Source of the DNA: Armatimonadetes bacterium 13_1_40CM_64_14
Lineage (GTDB): Bacteria > Sysuimicrobiota > Sysuimicrobiia > Sysuimicrobiales > Kaftiobacteriaceae
DNA: 61,551 bases
Direction: 5' to 3'
Assembly: GCA_001917855.1 (NCBI GenBank)
Contig: MNEU01000063.1
Location: 1 to 61,551, forward strand
Within the stretch, counting starts at the first letter, position 1, and each line of letters opens with the position of its first letter. The position numbers were made by a program, and so were the translations under genes. Positions 19,611-32,528 of this stretch are shown piece after piece. Below the pieces are notes generated by a model. That model was not told where the DNA came from. It made no database searches and was given only the letters and a program-made list of their open reading frames with translations.

Positions 19611-20050
19611 GCCTGATTCGGTGGGATCCATTTGATGACCTCGCGTCTCTGCGCGAGTCGATGGACAAGCTGTTCGACGAGCTGTTCACACGTCGGCCGC
19701 GGGGCCAGGCGGAGTTGGCCTGGGCGCCCGCCGTCGAGGTGTTCGAGACCGAGAACGACGTTATGGTGAGAGCTGAGCTCCCGGGGATTGACCCGAAGAA
19801 CGTCGAGATCACCGTCACACAGGACACGCTGACGCTGAAGGGCGAGGCGAAGCTGGATCGAGAGGACAAGGCCCGGAACTACTACCGGCGCGAGCTGCGC
19901 TATGGCTCGTTCCTGCGTTCGATCCAACTGCCGAGCGACGTGAAGGGTGATCAGGCGACGGCGTCCTACAAGAACGGCATCTTGGAGATTCGGGTGCCCA
20001 AGAGCGAGCGGGCCAAGCCGAAGAGCGTCAAGGTCGAGGTTGCAGAGTAG
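19607..20050 (+). CDS. Hsp20/alpha-crystallin family small heat-shock protein
   Basis: ATGA overlap with the hspR stop. Alpha-crystallin domain ending in the GILEIRVPK motif. Confidence 0.9.
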   Translation: MSLIRWDPFDDLASLRESMDKLFDELFTRRPRGQAELAWAPAVEVFETENDVMVRAELPGIDPKNVEITVTQDTLTLKGEAKLDREDKARNYYRRELRYGSFLRSIQLPSDVKGDQATASYKNGILEIRVPKSERAKPKSVKVEVAE

Positions 20051-20188
20051 CGCGCCCGAGGCCGTGCCCGACCTGCCGTCGGTGGTAGACGATCTGCCCA
20101 CGGCAGGCCGGGGACGGCAGTGTGCTGATGAAGATCCAGGGCGGGACCGCTCAGAGCGCCCGCGACAGACAGAGAGGAGTTACCCACG

Positions 20189-22099
20189 ATGGGTAAGGTC
20201 GTTGGCATTGACTTAGGCACGACGAACTCCGTGATCGCGGTCGTCGTCGGGGGCGAACCGCAGGTGATCCCCAACGCCGAAGGGAGTCGCCTCACGCCGT
20301 CGGTCGTCGCTTTCACGAAGACGGGGGAACGCTTGGTGGGGCAGATGGCCAAGCGGCAGTCAATTCTCAATCCCGAGAATACCGTCTACTCGATTAAGCG
20401 CTTCATGGGGCGGCGGCTCGCGGAGGTCGAGACCGAGCGCAAGATGGTCCCCTATAAGGTCGAGGAAGGCCCCAATGGCATGGTCGTGGTGCGCCTCCCG
20501 GCGGCCGGGAAGACGTTTACCCCCGAAGAGATTTCATCCATGATCCTGCAGAAGATGAAGGCGGATGCGGAGGCGTACTTGGGCGAGCCCGTCACGGAGG
20601 CCGTGATCACAGTGCCCGCCTACTTTAACGACGCGCAGCGCACCGCCACGAAAAACGCCGGCGAGATCGCCGGACTGAAAGTCCTGCGTATCATCAACGA
20701 ACCGACGGCCTCCTGCCTGGCCTACGGGCTGGACAAGAAGACCGCCGAAACGGTGCTGGTCTTCGACTTAGGCGGCGGCACCTTCGACGTCTCCATCTTG
20801 GAGATCGGCGACGGGGTCTTCGAAGTCAAGGCCACCAATGGCGACACGCACCTGGGAGGCGACGACTGGGACGAGCGGATCGTCCACTGGCTGGCCGACC
20901 AGTTCAAGCGCGAGCACGGCATTGACCTGCGGCAGGACCGCCAGGCCCTCCAGCGGCTGCGCGAGGCCTCCGAGCGGGCGAAGGTCGAGCTCTCGACGGT
21001 GGCGCAGACCACCATCAACCTGCCGTTCATTACCGCGGACGCGAACGGTCCCAAGCACCTGGACTACGTGCTGACCCGCGCGAAATTCGAGGAGATGACG
21101 GCGGAGCTGGTGGAACGGTGCATCGCCCCGTTCAAGCAGGCCCTCGCGGACGCGAAGATGACCGAGAAGGATCTCGATCAGGTCATCCTGGTCGGAGGGG
21201 CGACCCGCATGCCGATGATTCAGGAGCTGGTCCGTCGGCTGACCGGCAAGGAGCCCAACAAGGAAGTGCACCCCGACGAGGTCGTGGCCGTCGGCGCAGC
21301 CATTCAGGCGGGCGTGCTGGCCGGTACCGTGCGGGAAGTCGTGTTGCTGGACGTCACCCCCCTGTCGTTGGGTGTGGAGACGCTGGGCGGTGTGATGACT
21401 CCCCTCATTCCTCGCAACACGACCATTCCAACGCGCAAGGCGGAGATCTTCAGCACCGCGGTCGATGGTCAGACCCAGGTGGAGATTCATGTCCAACAGG
21501 GCGAGCGGCCCATGGCGCGGGACAACCGCACGCTGGGCCGATTTATCCTCGATGGCATTCCGCCCGCGCCGCGGGGCGTCCCGAAGATCGAGGTGACGTT
21601 TGACATCGATGCCAACGGTATCCTCGACGTCAAAGCACGGGATACGGCCACGGGCAAGGAGCAGTCCATCAAGATTACGGGGAGTTCGAGCCTCGGCAAG
21701 ACCGATGTGGACCGGATGGTCAAGGAGGCCGAAAAGTTCGCCGAGGAAGACCGCAGCAAGCGCGAGATCGCCGAGGCGCGCAACCGGGGCGATTCACTCG
21801 TCTACCAGACGGAGCGCATGCTGAAAGAGGTCGGCGAGAAGGTAACCTCCGATGAGCGTCAGCGTGTCGAGACCAAACTCAAGGAGCTCAAAGATGCCCT
21901 CGGCAGCGACGACATGGCGAAGATCACCCGCGCCATCGACGAGTTGCAGCAGACCAGCTTCAAGCTGGCTGAGGCGATGTACGCGAAGGCGGGGGCAGGG
22001 GCAAGCGGTCCCGGCAGTGGGTCCAGCGGACCAGCCGGGGGCGCCAAGCCGGGGGATGACGTCATCGACGCCGACTACAAACGCAAGGATGACAAGTAA
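20189..22099 (+). CDS. dnaK: molecular chaperone DnaK (Hsp70)
   Basis: [28 protein letters not shown] motifs. 636 aa. Confidence 0.98.
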   Translation: MGKVVGIDLGTTNSVIAVVVGGEPQVIPNAEGSRLTPSVVAFTKTGERLVGQMAKRQSILNPENTVYSIKRFMGRRLAEVETERKMVPYKVEEGPNGMVVVRLPAAGKTFTPEEISSMILQKMKADAEAYLGEPVTEAVITVPAYFNDAQRTATKNAGEIAGLKVLRIINEPTASCLAYGLDKKTAETVLVFDLGGGTFDVSILEIGDGVFEVKATNGDTHLGGDDWDERIVHWLADQFKREHGIDLRQDRQALQRLREASERAKVELSTVAQTTINLPFITADANGPKHLDYVLTRAKFEEMTAELVERCIAPFKQALADAKMTEKDLDQVILVGGATRMPMIQELVRRLTGKEPNKEVHPDEVVAVGAAIQAGVLAGTVREVVLLDVTPLSLGVETLGGVMTPLIPRNTTIPTRKAEIFSTAVDGQTQVEIHVQQGERPMARDNRTLGRFILDGIPPAPRGVPKIEVTFDIDANGILDVKARDTATGKEQSIKITGSSSLGKTDVDRMVKEAEKFAEEDRSKREIAEARNRGDSLVYQTERMLKEVGEKVTSDERQRVETKLKELKDALGSDDMAKITRAIDELQQTSFKLAEAMYAKAGAGASGPGSGSSGPAGGAKPGDDVIDADYKRKDDK

Positions 22100-22144
22100 C
22101 TGGCACGGATCGCGCGGGGGCGCCCCCGCGCGGTGAGGTGAGGG

Positions 22145-22687
22145 ATGGACGACCGTCAGGATAAACAACCCACGGCCCGCGACGATGCGCCGGAGGCCGC
22201 CGCGCCGGCGTCCGACGAGCAAGTGGCCGAGTTGCGTAAGCTGGCCGCGGGCTATAAGGAACAGGCCGACCGCAACTGGCAGCAGTTCCTCCATGCCGCC
22301 GCGGACCTGGAAAACTATAAGAAGCAGGCCGCGCGGCTGCGCGAAGACGCGGTCCAGCGTACGCGGCAGTCGTTGCTGGCCGTCATATTAGACGTCGTCG
22401 ACGATCTCGAACGAGCGCTAGAGCACAGTCCCACCACAGACCCTGACCAGATCGTGGCGGGCATCCTCATGAGCCACCGCAAGATCGTCGACGTGTTGGC
22501 GTCTCTGGGCGTCCGACCGATGAATACAAAAGGACAAATGTTCGACCCGCGCTATCATGAAGCGGTTGACGTCGTCTCCCACACGGAGCACGGCGTCGAG
22601 CCGGGGACGATCGTTGAGGAACTCCGGCGAGGATATTTCATGAATGGCGACGTCTTGCGGCATGCCCGGGTGAGGGTGGCGAAGTGA
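22145..22687 (+). CDS. grpE: nucleotide exchange factor GrpE
   Basis: Position after dnaK. Coiled-coil N-terminal region plus FDP..HEA....... C-terminal domain. Confidence 0.93.
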   Translation: MDDRQDKQPTARDDAPEAAAPASDEQVAELRKLAAGYKEQADRNWQQFLHAAADLENYKKQAARLREDAVQRTRQSLLAVILDVVDDLERALEHSPTTDPDQIVAGILMSHRKIVDVLASLGVRPMNTKGQMFDPRYHEAVDVVSHTEHGVEPGTIVEELRRGYFMNGDVLRHARVRVAK

Positions 22688-22724
22688 TCGCCGGGCCACA
22701 CGGCCCGCGCTCGCCCAGAGAACA

Positions 22725-23714
22725 ATGGACTTCAAAGACTACTACAAAGTGATCGGGGTCGACCGGGGGGCGACCCCACAGGCGATTAGCTCCGCGTTCC
22801 GCAAACTCGCGCGCAAGTACCACCCCGACGTGAACAAGACGCCCGGGGCGGAGGACAAATTTAAGGACATCAACGAGGCGTATCAGGTCCTGGGCGATGC
22901 CGACCGGCGCGCCCGCTACGACCAGATGTACGAGGCCTACCAGCACGGAGGGATGGACTGGCAACAGGCCTTCGGGCGTGGCGCGCAGCAGACCCCCGGC
23001 GGCTGGACAGTGACCTTCGGCGGAGATGCAGCCGGGTTAGAAGATCTGCTCGGTGGGCAAGTCAGCGACTTTTTCCGACAGTTCTTTGGGGGCGATGTTG
23101 TCGGTCAGCGGCCGGGCGGCGTACGCTCGGCCGCCGGTCGAGGCCGCCGGGGTTCGGTGGACCTCGAGGAGATGATGCGGCCTGGGCCTCCCCCCCCGCA
23201 GGCCGAAGCCCCGATGACGGTGACCCTGGAAGAAGCCCTGGCCGGTGCGCAGAAGTCCGTGGCCATTCAGCTCAGCGGGAAGACGCGCCGGTTTGACGTC
23301 ACGATCCCCAAAGGCGTCCGTAGCGGTCAGAAGATCCGGCTCCCCGGAGCGCTGGATGGCGAGGATCTCTACCTGACGGTGGAGGTCGCTCCGCATCCGT
23401 ACTTTGAGCGGCGCGAGGATGACCTGATCATCGAGGTGCCCGTAACCCCGTCCGAGGCGGTGCTGGGCGCGACGATCGAGGTCCCCACACTCGAGGGAAA
23501 AGTAGAGATGACCATCCATCCGAGCACGCAGAACGGGCAGGTGTACCGCCTGCGGGGGCAGGGGATGCCCCGCCGCGATGGACAGCGCGGGGATCAACTG
23601 GTGCGGATCAAAGTCGTCCTGCCCACCAAGGCGTCTGCGCGCGAGAAGCAACTTTATGAGGAACTCGCCAAGCTGCGATCGGACAATCCCCGGGCGCAGC
23701 TGGGGCGGAAGTAA
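22725..23714 (+). CDS. J-domain co-chaperone without Cys-rich zinc finger (CbpA/class II DnaJ-like)
   Basis: J domain DYYKVIGV...KYHPD with HPD tripeptide. No CxxCxGxG repeats. DnaJ C-terminal beta domains. Confidence 0.85.
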   Translation: MDFKDYYKVIGVDRGATPQAISSAFRKLARKYHPDVNKTPGAEDKFKDINEAYQVLGDADRRARYDQMYEAYQHGGMDWQQAFGRGAQQTPGGWTVTFGGDAAGLEDLLGGQVSDFFRQFFGGDVVGQRPGGVRSAAGRGRRGSVDLEEMMRPGPPPPQAEAPMTVTLEEALAGAQKSVAIQLSGKTRRFDVTIPKGVRSGQKIRLPGALDGEDLYLTVEVAPHPYFERREDDLIIEVPVTPSEAVLGATIEVPTLEGKVEMTIHPSTQNGQVYRLRGQGMPRRDGQRGDQLVRIKVVLPTKASAREKQLYEELAKLRSDNPRAQLGRK

Positions 23715-23745
23715 CGTTTAAGAGCAACAGGAACGGAGTCCGACC

Positions 23746-26373
<2,628 letters not shown>

Positions 26374-26555
26374 CCCGTCTCTTCCTCACGGTCGTCGCGA
26401 GCGGAGCGTCCGTGCTGGTGGGGGAGATCGTCGCCAGCTCCATCAGCGCACCCCCGTCGTCGGGATTCCATCTGCATCAGCCTGATCGAGCGTCGTGCTC
26501 AGTTTCCGACGGACCTCTATAATGGAACTATCCCTCCGAGAGCATTGGTGGCGGC

Positions 26556-26813
26556 ATGGCGGTCCTGAAGCTGTACCTGGGGGACGTGGTCCAGACGCGC
26601 AAGACTCACCCCTGCGGCAGTGATCAATGGAAGATTGAGCGTCTGGGCGCCGATGTGGGCATTCGCTGCCTGGGATGCGGCCGCTATGTGCTGATGGAGC
26701 GGGTGAAACTGGAGCGCCGGATTCGGCGGTTTGTCAGCCGCCCCAACGCGGCCGCCGGCCCCACCGCAGCACCGATGAGTAACGGTGCGTCCGGCGGGGC
26801 AGAGGCACAGTGA
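26556..26813 (+). CDS. DUF951-family small protein (YyzM-like)
   Basis: Pattern GDVV..RK.HPCGS..W...R.GADV...C..CGR.V...R..LE..I conserved in DUF951. Confidence 0.7.
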   Translation: MAVLKLYLGDVVQTRKTHPCGSDQWKIERLGADVGIRCLGCGRYVLMERVKLERRIRRFVSRPNAAAGPTAAPMSNGASGGAEAQ

Positions 26814-26814
26814 A

Positions 26815-29800
26815 ATGAAAAAGTACAACCTCTACAGCTGGGCCGTGGGAGTCGCGGGCTGGGTCGTCCTGTTGCCCCTGCTCCTCGGGACGCCCCTTCC
26901 GCCACTTCCTCGGCTGGCGACCTTCGCCGCGCTGGCCGTGGCGTCCAAATGGTTGATGGTCCCCCTGCCGCGGGGGGGCTACGGGTCGGCCGGCCTCGCC
27001 GTGGTCTCGGCCGGGTTGGCGCTTCTGGGGCCGGTGTACACGGCGTTAGTCATGAGCGTCGGCGTGGTGATCGGCAACGGCCTGTTCCACCGTCGGCCTT
27101 CCCTGACGACGATCTTTAACAGCGGCCAGAACATTCTCGCTGTCATCGCCGCGGGCCTCATCTTTTCACTAGTGGACCCCAGCACCCCCGGGCTAAGAGG
27201 ACCTCTGTACACAGGGCATAGTGATCCCTTGGTTTTCGCGGCGTTTCTCGCCGCCGTGCTGACGTGCAACGTGACGAGTAATCTCCTAGTCAGTGGGCGC
27301 GTCGCGCGTCGGCGTGGTGTCCCCGTGCTGAGCGTCTTCAGTGGCAGTCTCGTCTGGGAGGCCGCCAACGATCTCGCCTTTGCCGGCCTGGGACTGGTGC
27401 CCGCGCTCATCTATGCGAAGGCTTTGGCCGTTGAGGCGATTGTCCTGACGATCCCGCTGGTCCTCATCGGCTACGTGCTGATGCTGACGACGACCCGGGA
27501 GCAAGCGCACCGGGAACTGGAGGTCATCGAGCGGATCGGGCGGGCCTCAATCAGTCTGGACCTGGAACACCTTTTCCAAACGATGTACGACAATATCCGG
27601 CAGCTGATGGCGGCGGACGTTTTCTACGTGACTCTCTATGACGCCGAGCGCGACACCCTGACCTATGAATTCTTGATGGATTCCGGGGACCGCTTTCCCC
27701 GACAGACGCAGCCGCTGACGGATGACGTCCGGGCGATCCTCAGCGGTCGGACGCCGCAGCTCCTCCAATTGACCTCCCGGGATCTGGCCACTCCCAATCG
27801 CTTGCCGCGCGTGGGCCACGCCGACCGGAGAAGCGCCTCGATGGTGTTTGTGCCTGTCCTGCGCGGTGAGCAGGTTCTTGGGTTGCTCTCCGCGCAGAGC
27901 TATGTCCAAGACGCCTACGGCTCGCGTGATGTCCATCTCATGGGCACCATCGCCGCCCAGGTCGCCGGCGCAATCGACAACGCCCGATTGTTTGACACCA
28001 GCACGCGGAGCGTCAAGCACCTGACCAGCCTGCAACGGTTCGCCAATGCGATCGCCGGCAGCCTGAAGATGGACGATGTGCTGGCCGCCATCGTGGACGG
28101 CGCCCGTCAGGTGCTCGGGGTCGACTGGTGCGCCATTTACCTGGGAAACGAGAAACAAGGACTGACAGACGTCTACGCCCACGGTCTTTCCCCCGAGATA
28201 GTGGGAGCCATCCAACGCCTCGTGGGGATGCCCCTCGCCAATCTGCCGCTCGATTTTTCCAAGCCGGCGGTGGTCGAAGACGCCGAACACGATCCCCGTC
28301 TCGCCGCCTTGCGGAAGATGGTGCTCAAGGACGAGGCCGCCACGCTGGCCGACGCTTGGCAGACGATCAAGACGATGGCGTCCCTGCCGCTGCTGTACCA
28401 AGGGGCGATGATGGGGGTGCTGGTCTTTTACCACACTACCCTCCGCTCTTACAACGCCGAGGACCTCCGCTTGGCGCAAGCCATCGCCGATCAGGCGGCC
28501 ATCGCCGTGAAGAACTCGACCCTGCTCACAGAAGCCCAGCAACATGCCGCAGAAGTCAACCTCATGAACCGGGTCCTGAGTACAGTGACCAGCACGATGG
28601 ATATCGACAGCATGCTGCGCCGCATCGTGGAGGAGGTCTCCCAGCGGTTCGGGTACACGCATGTCAGCATTCACCGCGTGGACGGCGACTTCGTGGTCCC
28701 CCAGGCGCAGGTGGGGTACCGGGAGATCGCCGATCGCATCCCGCTCAGCAAGGGTGTGCTCGGGCGGGTCGCCCGGACTGGGACGGCCGCGTTGGTCCCC
28801 GACGTGAGCCAGGACCGCGACTACGTCGCGGCGGACCCCACAGTGCGCAGTGAGGCGGCCGTGCCGATCAGCGCGGACAACCGCGTGCTGGGCGTCCTCA
28901 ACGTCGAGGCAGATAGCACCCGTCGGCTCGGGGAATCCGACTTGGCGGTGTTGCAGTCGCTAGCGGGCCAAATCGGGGTGGCGCTGCACAATGCCACGCT
29001 GTTTGCCGAAGCTCAGCGATCGCGCGACGAGATCACCGTGCTCTACGATGCCGCAAAGGCGATCAGCAGCACCCTGGAACTGGAGTCGGTGCTCAACAAC
29101 CTCGTGCACGTGACCTGTCAGGCATTCGGGTACGAGCAGGGGGCGATTCTATTGGTGGACGAGCGCAGCGGGGATCTCGTGGTGGAGGCCACCTATGGGT
29201 ACGCACCGGGGACCCGCGGCTACCGCATTCCAGCCGGCAAAGGCATCACGGGCGCGGTGTACCGGACCGGCAAGCCTGAGAGCGTGGCGGACGTCCGCCG
29301 CGACGCGCGTTACATCGGTATCACCCAGCGCGTCATCTCCGAGATTGCGGTCCCGTTGATCAGTGAGGGGCGGGTCAATGGGGTGTTCAACCTCGAGAGC
29401 ACGCGGCGCGCCGCGTTTGGCCCCCGGGACTTGCGCATCCTCCAGGCGCTGGCGGGCTATGCCACAATCGCCATCGAGAACGCGCGCCTGTATGAGAAGA
29501 CCAAGCAGATGGCGATTACCGACGGCCTTACCGAACTCTACAACCATCGCTACCTGCACGAAACGATGGAACGCACCCTGGAGCGGTGTCGGCGGGATGA
29601 TCGGCCGTTGTCGGTCATCATGTTGGAGATCGACAGCTTCAAGCGGTACAACGACACGTACGGGCACCAGCGCGGAGACGATGTATTGCGCAACGTCGCT
29701 GAGCTACTCCGCAAAGGAAGCCGCACGTCTGATCTCGTGGCGCGTTACGGCGGCGATGAATTCATGATCGTGCTCCCGTATACCTCAAAGGAGACCGCGT

Positions 29801-30030
29801 CCGAAATCGCGGAGCGGTTGCGACGCGCGGTTGAGGCGTATCCCTTCCTGCTCGGGGAAAACATCGTGTCCTCGGTCACGCTCAGCGTGGGTGTCGCCGC
29901 CAACCCCGACGATGGCGCCACGGTGGACGCGCTCGTCGACGCCGTGGACCGGGCGCAGTACACCGCCAAACGCTCAGGCGGCAATAAAGTGAGCGTCGCC
30001 CACTCGGTCAAGGAGACCGCGACCGGGTAG
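26815..30030 (+). CDS. membrane-anchored multi-GAF diguanylate cyclase (GGDEF with I-site)
   Basis: About 250 aa of N-terminal TM helices, several tandem GAF-like modules, then a C-terminal GGDEF domain (RYGGDEFMIV) with RTSD five residues upstream (RxxD I-site). Confidence 0.85.
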   Translation: MKKYNLYSWAVGVAGWVVLLPLLLGTPLPPLPRLATFAALAVASKWLMVPLPRGGYGSAGLAVVSAGLALLGPVYTALVMSVGVVIGNGLFHRRPSLTTIFNSGQNILAVIAAGLIFSLVDPSTPGLRGPLYTGHSDPLVFAAFLAAVLTCNVTSNLLVSGRVARRRGVPVLSVFSGSLVWEAANDLAFAGLGLVPALIYAKALAVEAIVLTIPLVLIGYVLMLTTTREQAHRELEVIERIGRASISLDLEHLFQTMYDNIRQLMAADVFYVTLYDAERDTLTYEFLMDSGDRFPRQTQPLTDDVRAILSGRTPQLLQLTSRDLATPNRLPRVGHADRRSASMVFVPVLRGEQVLGLLSAQSYVQDAYGSRDVHLMGTIAAQVAGAIDNARLFDTSTRSVKHLTSLQRFANAIAGSLKMDDVLAAIVDGARQVLGVDWCAIYLGNEKQGLTDVYAHGLSPEIVGAIQRLVGMPLANLPLDFSKPAVVEDAEHDPRLAALRKMVLKDEAATLADAWQTIKTMASLPLLYQGAMMGVLVFYHTTLRSYNAEDLRLAQAIADQAAIAVKNSTLLTEAQQHAAEVNLMNRVLSTVTSTMDIDSMLRRIVEEVSQRFGYTHVSIHRVDGDFVVPQAQVGYREIADRIPLSKGVLGRVARTGTAALVPDVSQDRDYVAADPTVRSEAAVPISADNRVLGVLNVEADSTRRLGESDLAVLQSLAGQIGVALHNATLFAEAQRSRDEITVLYDAAKAISSTLELESVLNNLVHVTCQAFGYEQGAILLVDERSGDLVVEATYGYAPGTRGYRIPAGKGITGAVYRTGKPESVADVRRDARYIGITQRVISEIAVPLISEGRVNGVFNLESTRRAAFGPRDLRILQALAGYATIAIENARLYEKTKQMAITDGLTELYNHRYLHETMERTLERCRRDDRPLSVIMLEIDSFKRYNDTYGHQRGDDVLRNVAELLRKGSRTSDLVARYGGDEFMIVLPYTSKETASEIAERLRRAVEAYPFLLGENIVSSVTLSVGVAANPDDGATVDALVDAVDRAQYTAKRSGGNKVSVAHSVKETATG

Positions 30031-30039
30031 CACACGTCT

Positions 30040-31131
30040 GTGGCCCTCACCGTCGGCATCGTCGGGCTCCCGAATGCAGGGAAGTCGAGCCTCTTTAACG
30101 CGCTGAGTCGGGCGGGCGCGGTGGTCGCCAGCTATCCTTTCACCACGATCGGGCCGTACCACGGCGTTGCCCCGGTTCCAGATCCGCGTCTCGCCGCCGT
30201 CGCCTCCGTCACGCACCCCGACCGGACGATTCCCGCCACCGTGGATTTTGTGGACATCGCCGGACTAGTCCGAGGGGCGGCGCGCGGGGAGGGCTTGGGC
30301 AATCAGTTCCTGGCCCACATCCGGGAGGTCGATGCCCTCGCCCATGTCGTCCGCTGCTTTCCCGCACCTGATGTCCCGCATGTCGAGGGTGCGCTGGATC
30401 CGGTCCGCGATCTCGAAATTGTGGAGACCGAGCTCGCGCTGGCGGATCTGGCGGTCGTGGAGCGAGAGCTGGAGCGCGCGCGGACGCGGGTCAAAGCGCA
30501 CGACCTCTCCGCGCCGGGCGATGTCGCGGTGTTGGAGGAGGTCGCCGCCCATCTGCAACGAGGAATACCCGTTCGACGCCTGCCGCGTGATGCGCACCGT
30601 GACACCCTTCTACTCCCGCTGCGGTTGCTGACGGCCAAGCCGGTCGTCTATGTCGCCAACGTCGACGACGCCGACCTCCCGGCGGCTCTGTCGGCCACCG
30701 CGGTAGGCGGGTACGCGGACGCGCAGCACGCCCCGCTGGTCACCTTGTCGGCCAAGCTGGAGGCCGAAGCCGCGGAGCTGTCGGAGGGTGAGGCCGCAGA
30801 GTTCCTGCGTGCGTACGGCATTGCGGAGCCGGGGCTCCTCCGGCTGATCCGGCTGGCGTACGAGATGCTCGGGTTGGTGACGTTCTTTACGGCGGCCTCG
30901 AAGGAGGTCCGGGCGTGGCCCGTGGCCCGGGGCACCACGGCCCCGCGCGCGGCGGGAAAGATCCACACCGATATGGAGCGCGGATTCATCCGCGCCGAGG
31001 TCATCGGCTGGGAGGTACTGGTGAAAAGTGGATCGCTTCTCACCGCGCGCGACCGCGGCCTCGTGCGGCTGGAGGGCAAGGACTACGTGGTCCAAGATGG
31101 CGATGTGATACTGTTCCGTTTTGCTGTGTAA
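30040..31131 (+). CDS. ychF: redox-regulated ribosome-binding ATPase YchF
   Basis: GIVGLPNAGKSSLFNAL P-loop, DIAGLV, and C-terminal TGS-like domain ending DGDV..FRF. Confidence 0.93.
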   Translation: MALTVGIVGLPNAGKSSLFNALSRAGAVVASYPFTTIGPYHGVAPVPDPRLAAVASVTHPDRTIPATVDFVDIAGLVRGAARGEGLGNQFLAHIREVDALAHVVRCFPAPDVPHVEGALDPVRDLEIVETELALADLAVVERELERARTRVKAHDLSAPGDVAVLEEVAAHLQRGIPVRRLPRDAHRDTLLLPLRLLTAKPVVYVANVDDADLPAALSATAVGGYADAQHAPLVTLSAKLEAEAAELSEGEAAEFLRAYGIAEPGLLRLIRLAYEMLGLVTFFTAASKEVRAWPVARGTTAPRAAGKIHTDMERGFIRAEVIGWEVLVKSGSLLTARDRGLVRLEGKDYVVQDGDVILFRFAV

Positions 31132-31198
31132 TCCCGCCCGGAGCAGATCTGCGGGCAGAGTAGTTCGGACGCGGCACCTCCCCAACCCCATAGTTTGG

Positions 31199-31207
31199 TG
31201 CTATAAT
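31199..31207 (+). promoter_or_regulatory. extended -10 element TGcTATAAT upstream of rpsF
   Basis: Read directly. No good -35. Leaves a ~125-nt structured leader before the rpsF start. Confidence 0.4.
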
Positions 31208-31334
31208 TTCCTGGCCCGTGGAGGCAATCCGCGGGATTTTGTTGTCTGCCCCTACAGAAATGGGGCGCCCCGCCTCTGCGGGGGGCCTTGCTTGAGGCGA
31301 GTGGTATACTGGGGCCGTCCTCCGGAGGTATGCA

Positions 31335-31649
31335 GTGCCCAGTTACGATCTGGTCTATATTGTTCGGCCCGATTTGGAGCCCGATGCCTTGAAGGCGGTC
31401 ATTGACCGCGTCGGCCAACGCATCGTGGACCGCGGTGGCAAGATCGACGCCACAGACGCGTGGGGGAAGCGGCGCCTGGCGCATGTCATCCGCAAGCAGC
31501 GGGAAGGCGTGTACGTGCAGACGCGCTTCACGATTGCCCCCGAACAGGTAGCGGAGATCCGTCACCAGGTCGCCCTGAGTGAAGAGGTCCTCCGCAGTAT
31601 GCTCACCATTGCTGTGGGCAAGCATCACCAGTACCAGGGGCCCCCGTAG
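31335..31649 (+). CDS. rpsF: 30S ribosomal protein S6
   Basis: YDLVYIVRPDL..., WGKRRLA..I motifs. GGAGG RBS, GTG start. Confidence 0.93.
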   Translation: MPSYDLVYIVRPDLEPDALKAVIDRVGQRIVDRGGKIDATDAWGKRRLAHVIRKQREGVYVQTRFTIAPEQVAEIRHQVALSEEVLRSMLTIAVGKHHQYQGPP

Positions 31650-31726
31650 CCGCTGCCCCCGCGAATCCCCCGGCACCTTCTCCGTCCCTCGCTGGATCGC
31701 CGAAACCGACGGAGGCTTAGCGCGGC

Positions 31727-32131
31727 GTGCTAAACCGGATCATCTTGATCGGCCGGCTGACACGGGACCCCGAACTCCGCTACGTCCCAAGCGGCCAGCC
31801 GGTGGCGGGATTCACCTTGGCCGTCGATCGGCCGTTTGTGAACCAGCAGGGCGAACGGGCCACGGACTTCATTGATATCGTGGCGTGGAGGAAACTGGCC
31901 GAACAAGTGACGCAGCACCTCAGCAAGGGAAGGCTTGTGGCTGTTGAAGGGCGGCTGCAAATCCGATCGTACGAAACGCAGGATGGACAGAAGCGCAAGG
32001 TGGCCGAGGTAGTGGCCGACGCTGTGCGGTTTCTCGATCGCAAGGGGACGACGACCCCCGAGCCCGCGTCCCCGGAGACGGCGGAAGTGGGGACGGAGGC
32101 CGCGGGACCACAAGAGGACGTACCCTTCTAA
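31727..32131 (+). CDS. ssb: single-stranded DNA-binding protein
   Basis: MLNRIILIGRLTRDPELRY OB-fold start and acidic tail ending EDVPF. Confidence 0.93.
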   Translation: MLNRIILIGRLTRDPELRYVPSGQPVAGFTLAVDRPFVNQQGERATDFIDIVAWRKLAEQVTQHLSKGRLVAVEGRLQIRSYETQDGQKRKVAEVVADAVRFLDRKGTTTPEPASPETAEVGTEAAGPQEDVPF

Positions 32132-32157
32132 CGAATCGCAAGATGGGGAGATAGCGA

Positions 32158-32424
32158 ATGCCTGATCGTGACCGTCGTGGCAAATCGCAAGGGAAGAAAG
32201 AGTGGCGCGGGCGCCGGCCCAAGCGACGCAACTGTACCTTTTGCGGTGAGAAGGCCACATTCATTGACTACAAGGACGTCAACCGGCTGCGGAGGTTCGT
32301 CACCGAACGCGGCAAGATTCTGCCCCGGCGGGTGTCCGGAAACTGTGCGCGGCACCAACGCGTCTTGGCGACCGCGGTCAAGCGGGCCCGGGAACTCGCG
32401 CTGTTGCCCTATACCGCGGAATAA
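32158..32424 (+). CDS. rpsR: 30S ribosomal protein S18
   Basis: C.FC......IDYKD...L..F....GKILPRR.SG.CA.HQR motif. Confidence 0.93.
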   Translation: MPDRDRRGKSQGKKEWRGRRPKRRNCTFCGEKATFIDYKDVNRLRRFVTERGKILPRRVSGNCARHQRVLATAVKRARELALLPYTAE

Positions 32425-32528
32425 CAGGCAGCGCGGCCGCTGCGCTCGTCCTCTCAGCGTTTGTTCGTGATAGGTGCCGACCTCGCTTTTACGCGTCAGC
32501 TAGTCCCACGTGATAAGGTGGTCCTGAG

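Noticed and set aside
32428-32443. Hairpin GCAGCG-cggc-CGCTGC after rpsR, considered as a terminator.
   Set aside because: It has only 6 bp and no U-tract, and the downstream yybS-like and rplI genes are probably co-transcribed with the ribosomal genes.
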